Assembly (NCBI RefSeq): GCF_009834535.1
Contig: NC_045696.1
Coordinates: 56,856,001-56,920,000 of the forward strand
Length of the DNA: 64,000 nucleotides
Direction of reading: 5' to 3'
Source: Camelus ferus
Lineage: Eukaryota
Both the position numbers and the translations under genes were made by a program. Below, piece by piece: positions 54,420 to 64,000 of this stretch. How positions within the stretch are numbered: the first letter of the stretch is position 1; each line of letters starts with the position of its first letter. The notes beneath the pieces were generated by a model. The model did not search any database. It saw only the letters and a program-made list of their open reading frames with translations, and was not told where the DNA came from.

Positions 54420-57400
54420 GCCCATTAGTTCTAATGAACTGTTGCTTTTTTTTTTTCATGATTGATTTCTTTCCCTAGGTTTTTCATCTTTCTTTGTTCA
54501 GCCTTTCTTTTTGCTTTCTCTGTTGTTTTTGCCAAATTATATCCCGCTTCTGTTTCCAGATTAAGAATAATTTTTGATACTAAATTGTCTTGAAGGATTT
54601 TAAAATTTCTTTTCAATACTTTTTAAATTTCTCTTAGGATTTCTTCTTTGACCAATGTATTATTCAGAAGTATATTGTTTAATATCCAAGTATTTTGGGT
54701 TTTTTTCCTAGCTATCTTTCTTACTGATTTCTAGTTTAATTCCACTGTGGTTTTATAACATACTTTATATAATTTCAATACTCTAAAATTTGTTAATATG
54801 TGTCCAGAGTATGTTTTATCTTGGTGAATGATTTATATGAGTTTGAGAAGAATGTTTATTCTGCTGCTGTTGGATGAACTATTCTACAAATGCCAGTTAG
54901 ACCTAGTTAATGGATGTATCATTCAGTTCAACTTTTGTCCTTTTGACTTTGGCCTGCTGAATCTGTCAATTAGAGAGAGAAAGGTATAGGAATCTCCAAT
55001 TACAATTGCAGTTCTATCAGTTTTTGCCTCATATATTTTGATGTTTTGTTGTTAGTTGCATATAAATGAAAGATTGCTACATCTTCTTGGAGAATTGACC
55101 CCATTATCATTATGTAATGGCCTTCTTTATCCCTGGTAATTTTCCTTGTTCTGACATCTGCTTTGCCCGAAATTAATGCAGCTACTTCTGCTTTCTTTGG
55201 ATTAGTGTTAGCTTGGTATGTTTCTCCATTTGTTTACTTTTAATTGATCTGTGTCTTATAAATAAAGTAGGTTTCTTGTGAAAAACATATAGTTGAGGTC
55301 ATTTTTTTTTAATCCAGTTTGACAACCTCTGTCTTTTAATTGGTGCATTTAGTCTATTAATGTTTAAAATGGTTATTAATATAGTTGGATTAACATGTAT
55401 TGTACTTGTTACCATTTTCTATTTGTTGCTCTTGTTCCTTGGGTTTGTTTTGGTCTTATACTCTTTTTCTATCTTTTTTGGTTTTAACTGAGCATTTTAT
55501 ATGATTCAGTTTCTTTCCTTTCTTAGCTTATCAATTGTACTTCTTTTTAAAATTACTGTCCTTGAGTTTACAGTATACATTTACAACTAATCCAAGTCCT
55601 CTTTTACATAACACTCTATCACTTCACGAGTAGTACAAGTTCCTTATAACGGAGTGTTCCAAATATCTCCTCCTGTCCCTTGTAACACTGCTGTCATTCA
55701 TTTCACTTATCTATAGGTTATAATCACTGAACCCATTGTCACTATTACTATTTTGAATAAACTATAATCTGTTAGATCAATTAAGAAAAATAATTTTTTA
55801 ACCTTTATTTACTCCTTCTCTAACACACTACTTTTCTTCCTTTATAGATTTAAGTTTCTGACCTATATAATTTTCCTTTATTCTGAAGAATTTCTTCTAA
55901 CATTTCTTGCAAGGCAAGTCTACTGGTGACAAGTTCCCTCAGTTTTTGCTTGTCTGGGAAAATCTTTATTTCTCCCTCACTTTTGAAGATAATTTCACTG
56001 GATACAGAATTCCAGTTTGGTGGGTTTTTTTCTTTAAACATTTAAAATATTTTACTCTATTCTCTTATTGCTTACATGGGTTCTGAAGAGAAATCTAATG
56101 TAATTCTTATCCTTAATTCTCTGTGGGTAAGGTTTTGTTTCTCTAGCTTCTTTCAAGATTTTTCTCCTGGTCTTTTATTTTCTACAGTTTTAATATGATA
56201 TCCTAGGTGTAGATTTTTTGGTATTTATCCTACTTGGAATTCTCTGAGTTTCCTGGAACTTTAATATGGTGTCTGTAATTAATTTTTGGAAATTCTCAGT
56301 CATTGTTTCAAATATTTGTTCTATGTCTTTCTTCTCTTTCTTATATTCCCATTATGTGTGTTACACCTTTTGTAATTGCTCCTCAGTTCTTGGATATTCT
56401 CTTCTGATTTCTTTATTCTTTTTTCTCTTTGCATTTTAGTTTTGGAAGTTACTATTGACATTTCTTCAAGCTCATTTATTCTTTTCTCAGCTGTGTCTGG
56501 TTTTTTGATGAACCCACCAAAAGCATTCTTCCTTTCTGTTTTTACAGTCTGATTTTTTGCATTTTGTTTTTGATTCTTAGAGTTTCCATCTTTATATTAC
56601 CCACCTCTTCTCCTATTCTTGTGTATCATCCACTTTTTCCTTTATAGCCCTTACCATATTAATCAGTTGTTTTAAATTACTAGGCTGATAGTTCCAAACT
56701 TTTTCTGCCATATCTGAACCTGGTTCTGATGCTTCGTATCTCTCCAAACTGTTTTTTTTTTTTTTTTTGGTCTTTAAGTATGTCTGGCCTTTGTGTCTGA
56801 GAGCCAGACATGATATACAGGGTAAAAAGGAACTGAGTTAAGTAGCTACCTAGTGTAAGGCTTTTATATGGCTAGTGCTAACCTATGTTTTGTGTTTGCT
56901 GAAGCTGTAGTGTCAGAGTGTAGTATGGTGTCCTTGTTTTTCTCTTCCCTGTTGTCCTTGGATTTCCCTAGACACTCCTGCTTAAATGAAATCTGAGTTG
57001 GATAGTTCTTTCTGTTGTTTTCCCTGGTTATTATAGAGGAGCACTATTGATGGTGGTGGTAAGGTATAGGGGAGGAGAAGTATTATTGTCCTGTGATTAG
57101 AACTGAGTTTTTTTTTTTTTTTTCTTTTTAAGGAGGGGGTGGTAATTAGGTTCATTTATTTATTTATTTTTTAGTGGAGGTACTGGGCATTGAACCTTTG
57201 ACCTTGTGCATGCTAAGCAGGCACTCTAACACTGAGCTCTACCCTCCACCCTAGAACTCAGTTTTTTACTGAGCTTGTGCCCTTGGGTTGTGACTTTCCC
57301 AAGTGCTTTTTAGTTTCTTTCTTCTCTTTTCTTTTTTTTTTTTTTTTTTTTCACTTCGGTGAGACAGGAAGGCCAGAGTTAGTATTTCCCTTCTTCTACC

Positions 57401-57957
57401 TTGAAGACTAGAGGTGGCTGGAGTTGAATATTTTCCTTTCCCCAGTCAGTTAGGCTTTGGTAAAATAGTTTCTCTCAAAGGCAGTACTTGTTAAGAAGAA
57501 CAGAATGATCTGGTCATGTTTCAGTTGGCTACTTTCCCCTCTTTCCCTGCCAGGTGCAGGCAGAATTTTTCCCTGATCTTCACTGTGAGAACCCAGCAGG
57601 GTTTCTGGAGATAAAATTCACTAAAGTGTAGGTTCCACCACTAAGACTGGGCTTCTTGAAGTTTTTAACTTTAAAACCTGTTCACACTGAATTGCAAGTG
57701 ATTTGTCAATTACATTTTAGGTTTTCCTACTCTGGTACTGGTTCATATGTAGAGGTTTCTGCTCCAGTACGTTGTGATTCTCTATATCTGCCTGTCTGCC
57801 TCTCCAGTTTTGGAGGGCATTGGTTTGCCCTGTGACCTCAGTTCTCTGATGGATCTGAGAAAAATTGTTGATTTTCAGTTTGTTTAGCTTTTTTCTTGTT
57901 GTATAGATGGGAGTGACAACTTCTAATTGCCTATATGCTAGACTAGAAACTAGAACT
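54420..57957 (-). mobile_element. Old L1 (L1MC/MD-like): 5' region, ORF1 and start of ORF2
   Basis: ORF1p C-terminal peptide FKSEGEIKIFPDKQKLRELVTSRLALQEMLEEIL (55850-56041). Endonuclease-region sequence gagaagaatgtttattctgctgctgttggatg near 54845-54880. Confidence 0.85.
57114..57251 (-). mobile_element. tRNA-derived SINE, camelid Vic-1 type
   Basis: Minus strand reads gggtggagggtagagctcagtgttagagtgcctgcttagcatgcacaaggtcaaaggttcaatgcccagtacctccac, then (taaa)n, acctaattacc and poly(A). TSD TAGAACT(G/C)AGTTTTTT at 57098-57113 and 57252-57267. Confidence 0.85.
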
Positions 57958-58480
57958 TTAGTATTTTTATTAATCAACAAATAAATTTAAAACCTTGAAG
58001 TTTATACTGGAATTAATTTATATAATTAAAAAAGGGTTTCAGCATTGCAATGATAGTAAAAATAAATAATTGTCAGTGATTTATAACTTACTGAAATATT
58101 TGTAGACTTTAAATCTGAGTTTGAAGTATATTAATAAGGGCATAAATTTAAATTTTTCAATTATATTGAGGTTCATTGTGAGTTACTTTAAATTCAAGAA
58201 GTATTTAGTGAGTATGTGAAATATATCCAGAAGTCTTTTTCTTTTAAACTTTTATTATCATTATTTTTTATTTTACAACTAATGCATATTCCTTGTAGAC
58301 AAACTAGAAAATAGAGGTAAGCAAAAAGGAAAAAAAAAAAACACATTATTTTACCTAGATATTACAACCATTAATGTTTATAGCATTTATTTCCAGATGT
58401 TTTTCTATGCTTATGATTACATGTAAAAAGTTTTTATATAAAAATGAGAGCCATACATTCTTTGCAACTTTTTCCTTTTT

Positions 58481-59553
58481 TTAAACATTTTTTTATTGAG
58501 TTATAGTCATTGTACAATGTTGTGTCAAATTCCAGTGTAGAGCACAATTTTTCAGTTATACATGAACATGCATACATTCATTGTCACATTCTCTTTCACT
58601 GTGAGCCACCACAAGATCCTGTATATACTTCCCTGTGGTACACAGTACAATCTTGTTTATCTGTTCTACATTTTGAAATCCCAGTCCCTTCCCATCCCCC
58701 TGTCCCTCTGGCAACCAGAAAGGAGTGATCAAAGTACTGAAGGAACTAAAAGAGACAGTGTTTAGAGATATACAATGTGTCAAAAATGAAACTGAACCTA
58801 TAAAGAAGAACCAAATAGAATTGGTAAACTCATTGGCTGAAGTGAGTGAGAACTGATCTAAAGGCTGTACAAAGCAGGCTAGATAATTCAGAGAAATGAA
58901 TAATTGACCTGGAAGACAGGACAACAGAAAGTACCCAATCAGAACAGCTGAGAGAAAAACAAATAAAAAACAATGAAAACAAGATAAGGGATCTATGGGA
59001 TAATATAAAGCATGCCAATCTATGCATAATAGGGGTTCCAGAAGGGGAACAAAGAACAAAGGGAGTTGAAAAGGTATTTGAAGAAATCATGACTGGAAAC
59101 TTCCCAAACCTAAAGAAGGAATCAGATATCCAAGTACAGAAGGCTCAGAGGGTCCCTAAACAGGAAGAACCGAAACAGACCCACACCAAGACATATCATA
59201 ATCAAGATGGCCAGAGTCGAGGATAAAGAAATGAGCCTAAAGGCAGCAAGAGAAAAAACATAGAGTGAGTTACAAGGGAACCCCCATAAGTCTCTCAGCT
59301 GATTTCTCTACACAAACACTACAGGCCAGAAGGGAGTGGCAAGATAGAGTCAAAGTCCTGAATGAAAAAAAGATGCAGCCTAGAATACTCTATCCAGCAA
59401 GGCAGTCCTTTAGAATAGAAGGAGAAATAAAGAACTTCACAGACAAGCAAAAACTAAGTTTAGCAACACTAAACCCATGCTAAAAGAAATACAGTTCTAC
59501 TCTAAATAGAAAAGAAGCAGGATGCTACAAAAATGAGAAACTCATAGACATAG
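58481..59553 (-). mobile_element. 5'-inverted L1: 3' UTR on minus strand (58481-58717) joined to ORF1 on plus strand (58718-59553)
   Basis: ORF1p peptide YKGTPISLSADFSTQTLQARREW...MQPRILYPA (59265-59483, +). TSD AACTTTTTCCT(T/C)TTT at 58466-58480 and 59554-59568. Confidence 0.85.
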
Positions 59554-59569
59554 AACTTTTTCCTCTTTA

Positions 59570-60720
59570 AAACATTCTGAGCATCTTTCCTTGTCTGGTT
59601 ACTTTTTTTTTTTTTTCAACATATTGTTGAGTGATTGCCTAGAATTCTGTTATAGTTATGGATTCCAGCTTATTTAAATCAATCCCCAATTACTCTAATA
59701 GTTTACTTTCACAAAATACTACAATAAATAACCTGTGCACATCTTTATATATTTAGATTTCTTCCTTATGGTAAATTCCTAAGAAAAGTTCATAGCCAGA
59801 GTAACCATATTTTTAAGGTTTTTGTTACGTATAATCAAATAGTCTCACTGAAGTTATACAAGTTTATATTTTTATTAGAAGTTTATATTTATTTGTTAAT
59901 TATAAAGAAGCTTATGGAATACTTGTTTCCCTTTACCTTTGAAGACCCTGGAAATTTTTGCCATTATTTAAAAATTTTTTGGGTATATAATTGGCAAGAT
60001 ATGATAACTTAGGTTGTTTTAATTTGTATTTCATTGTTTAGTAGTGAATTTTAGACATAAACGTATTTATTGCTTATTTGCATTTCTTCTGTAGTGAATT
60101 TGATGTTGTCTTTTGAATATTTCATTTGGGTTGTTGGCTTTTTCTTAGAAGAACGTCTTATATACTAAAGATAGTAACACTTTGTCTACTGTGTTACGTG
60201 TAAAAAGCTATTATAGCACTTTGTTTACTATGTTATGTAAAAAAGCTTTAAGGCTCTTTTAATTTTATATAAATATGTATCCTGCCAAATTTGTAATATT
60301 TTATTAGTTTTTCTTCATATGTTTCTTGTAGTAATACATTTTAAGCCATCTTGAATTTTATTGTTATATGATGTGAAATAGGAATTGAATTTTATCGAAT
60401 GATCAACCAATTGTTCCAGTACCAGTTATGGAATAAGCCTTTTTATCCCTTACTGATTTGTTTGTTGCTTTTAATCATATATTCAATTATTTTTATCTAC
60501 TTGAGCTTCTTTTTAACATTTTATTTCATTAATATATGTCTTCCTATATTATAATTATTTTATAATGTATTTCAATATTTTACGCTTCTCCCACCACTTT
60601 TATATTTCACTTTTCAAAAATTGTTGGTTATTTTCAAGTTTGTATTTCCAAGTGAACTTTAGTCTTCTCTTTCTCAAGTTTCATGAAAAATCCAATTTCG
60701 ATTCTGATTATTCTACATTA
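59570..60720 (-). mobile_element. Ancient L1ME-like remnant (host of younger insertions; also ~58250-58465 and ~62861-63150)
   Basis: Highly degenerate minus-strand L1 motifs (gttgttttaatttgtatttc, ccaattgttccagtaccagttatggaata, ttaatttggggaaag...catcttttgacaattgaatctt). Confidence 0.65.
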
Positions 60721-60724
60721 TATT

Positions 60725-61289
60725 AAAAAAAATTTTTAATTGAAGTATAGTCAGTTTACAATGGTATACAGCATAATAGTTCAGTCATACATACACATAC
60801 ATATATTTGTTTTCATATTATTTTTCAGTTATAGGTTACTGCAAGATGTTGAATATAATTCCCTGTGATATACAGTATAAACTCTTGTTTATCTATTTTA
60901 TGTATAGTAGTATCTGCAAATCTCAAATTCTCAATTTATCCCTTCCTTCTCCCTTTCCCCCAGTAACCATAAGTTTGTTTTCTATGTCTGTGAGTCTGCT
61001 TCTGTTTTGTAATTAAGTTCATTTGTCTTTTTTTTTTAGATTCCACATGGAAGTGATATCATATGGTATTTTTCTTTCTCTTTCTGGCTTCCGTTAGAAT
61101 GACAATCTCCATGTCTATCCATGTTGCTGCAAATGGCATTTTTATTCTTTTTTTATAGCTGAGTAGTATTCCATTGTATAAATCTACCACAGTTTCTTTA
61201 TCCAGTTATCTGTTGATGGACATTTAGGTTGTTTCCATGTCTTGGCTATTGTGAATAGTGCTGCTATGAACATTGGGGTACATATATCC
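60725..61289 (-). mobile_element. Young L1 3' UTR
   Basis: aattgaagtatagtcagtttacaat...tctatgtctgtgagtctg...gctatgaacattgggg. Confidence 0.85.
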
Positions 61290-61976
61290 TTTTTTTTTAT
61301 TAAAGAAATATAGCTTTCTTTATTACAAGAATGAAAGTTAAATGTGATTTAAACTGTAAGTAAACTTTAAGCATACAGGAGTTATGTGGATAGTTTTATT
61401 TATTTTTGCATAAGCACCTGGATAATAAGAACAGAATGAGCAAAAAATTATATCAACTTTTATTTTTATTTATTAAGAAAAGTCATCATGGTGTAAAAAC
61501 ATGTACATGCTTTCAAAAAAATTAATATACCTTTAAGCCCCTGTCCTGTTTCCTAGTTTTGCCACAGAGGTAGTTTTTACTTGCTTAGCCATTTTAATTT
61601 TATGTGCCAAATTATATGACTATACTGTTATTTCTTGTAAATCGATTTATATTATCAATTTACTTTCTCATATGATACAAAGAGTTATTTCACAAGAACT
61701 TTTTCTGCTTTCTATATAGTATATTGCTTTATAGTTGGTTCTTAGCATTTATATTATCATGACTTTTATTTTTAATAGCCACCCTAAGTGGGTGTTTTAT
61801 TTTTTCCAATTCTGTATGTCATCTTGTCAATTATCTACTTTGCTGATAATCTACTTTTAAGCACAGAAGTTTGTCATCTTGATGAAGTCCAATTTATTTA
61901 TTTATTTTTCGTCTGTGCTTTTGATGTCTTATATAAGAGTTTGTGGTATTAGCTCTTATATTTAGATTGTTGATCC

Positions 61977-62860
61977 ATTTTTTTAAATTGAGTTGTAGTC
62001 AGTTTACAGTGTATCAACTTTTGGTGAACAGCACAATGCTTCAGTCATACATAAATATACATATATTCATTTTCATATTCTTTTTTACCATAAGCTACTA
62101 CAAGATATTGAATATATTTCCCTGCATTATAGCAGTATAAACTTGTTTATCTATTTTATATATAGCAGTCAGTATCTGTAAATCTCAAACTCCCAGTTTA
62201 TCCATTCCCACCTCCCTGCCCCCTGGCAACCACAAGTCTGTATTCTATGTCTGTGAGTCTGTTTCTGTTTTATATATAAGTTCATTTGTATTTTTCTTTT
62301 TTTTAGGTTCCCACATATGAGTGATATATTTTTCTTTCTCTTTCTGGCTTACTTCACTTAGAATGATATTTTCCAGGGCCATCCATGTTGCTAGAAATGG
62401 TATTTTATCATTTTTTATGGCTGAGTAGTATTCCACTGTATAAATATACCACAAATTCTTTACCCAGTCATCTGTCAATGGACATTTAGGTTATTTTCAT
62501 GTCTTGGCTTTGTAAATAGTGCTGCTGTGAACATTGGAATGCAGGTATCTTTTTGAATTAAAGTTCCCTCTGGATATATGCCCAGGCATGGGATTGCTGG
62601 ATCATATGGTAGAATCTATTTTTAGTCTTTTAAGGAACCTCCATACTGTTTTCCATAAGGCTGTACCAAGTTACATTCCCACCAGCAGTGTAGGAGGGTT
62701 CCCTTTTCTTCACACCCTCCCCAGCATTTATTATTTGTGGACTTTTGAATGATGGCCATTCTGACTGGTCTGAGGTGATACCTTATTGTAGTTTTGATTT
62801 GCATTTCTCTGGTCGTTGGTGATATTGAGCATTTTTTCATGTGCCTATTGATCGTTTGTA
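61977..62860 (-). mobile_element. Young L1 3' UTR plus ORF2 C-terminus
   Basis: ORF2p C-terminal peptides [28 protein letters not shown]...[13 protein letters not shown] (62622-62840) and WYIYTVEYYSAIK...ILSEVSQKEK (62245-62478). Confidence 0.9.
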
Positions 62861-64000
62861 CTGCATTGCATTTTAATGTTAATTTGGGGAAAGCTTGGCA
62901 TCTTTTGACAATTGAATCTTCTGATTTTATGGTATGCCTCTCTAGTTATTTTTTTTTTTTATATTGACCAGGAATGTTTTACAGTTTTAAAATATTTTTT
63001 GATCATTGTTTAAATACACATTTTTGCTAGGTTTCATTCTAGAATTTTATTTGTCTTGTTTTAAGTTGTTTTTTGTTTTGAATAGAATTGCTTCTTACAA
63101 TGGTTTTTTTGTTTGATACTAATCTAGAAGAAAGCTGATATTTAAATGCCTTTTGAGATATGTGAAGTTAAGTAAAAAGAGGAAAAATAAGTTGAAAGCT
63201 ATTGCTAGGTTTACTGTGAAAAGGTAAATCAGTTCAATTTTCCTTTCTCTACTACCTGCCTAATTTTCATAGTAAATTAACAATGGATAATTACTTTGCA
63301 AGCAACTCAATCATTCCTTGGTTTTTATATTTGGAATTTGTTCTGAAAGGAAAATTAGATAGTGATCTTCTCTTAGTCTCCTTAACAAAAGAAATAACAA
63401 GAACTTAAGACTTAGGAATTAAGATTCTGTGAATATTTGGTGAATGAACTGCTCTGCTTTTTCTAAGCTAGAAATAATAAGAGAACTTTATGGGCAAACT
63501 CAGTCAGCCTACTTTGGGTCAGTTATTGGGACACCTAAAGTTATCTTTTGGGGAATATGGATGTTTTTGAACTTATGATGTAAGTTTTACTGTTGTTTTC
63601 TTGGAATGGACCCTCATTGTCTCTGTGATAAAAAGAGGTGCTCAGGAAGCAATGAGGGAATATGAGAGGATCTTTGTTTTGGATGAAGGATTATGATATG
63701 AAGCACTGTTTGATTAACTGAAAACACTATGGATACACAATATGGTAGTTTACAAAGTAATTTGAGTGAGTTTTAGTTGTTTTTTTATTTTCCTAACCCA
63801 TAAATGTTACCCTAAGCTGATCAGTGCCACCTTCAGTTTTAGTTTTTGTTGGCATTGAGTCAAAACAATTTCTAAAATCAAAATACCCTATATTAAACCC
63901 TAAGACATTGATAAAATAGTGTTGTAAAGAGTACACAGTAGAGAGGAAACACCCCTGCTATATGAACACTCCTTTGTACAATATCCTTCTTACCCGTACT

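Noticed and set aside
57170..57251. tRNA gene
   Set aside because: The tRNA-like head belongs to a SINE with a tail and TSD; the cloverleaf is degenerate.
38977..64000. Next STXBP5L coding exon (expected to begin TVRHGFP)
   Set aside because: No such sequence recognised by eye; it probably lies beyond the window.

Overview
Mammalian genomic DNA, most likely camelid: a Vic-1-type tRNA-derived SINE sits at 57114-57251 and several young L1 3' ends look camelid-like. The window holds the 5' end of STXBP5L (tomosyn-2) on the + strand: a CpG-island promoter with a probable non-coding first exon (~37.2-38.2 kb) and the first coding exon (38780-38976, ATG at 38788, 63 codons, phase-0 donor). About 25 kb of the following intron comes next, with no further recognisable exon. 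The 37 kb upstream and the intron are mostly transposon relics (L1, L2, CR1/L3, MIR, MaLR/ERV LTRs, hAT). Nearly all ORFs in the supplied track are L1 fragments or chance ORFs. I found no convincing evidence of a new biological system. The most notable observations are a near-consensus REST/RE1 silencer in the promoter, a TSD-bounded twin-primed L1 that joins inverted ORF1 directly to the 3' UTR, three candidate L1 3' transductions, nested insertions with readable target-site duplications, a perfect 16-bp-arm hairpin, and an in-frame upstream ATG region in front of the STXBP5L start. Repeat family names and most repeat boundaries come from recalled consensus sequences and are approximate unless a TSD is quoted.
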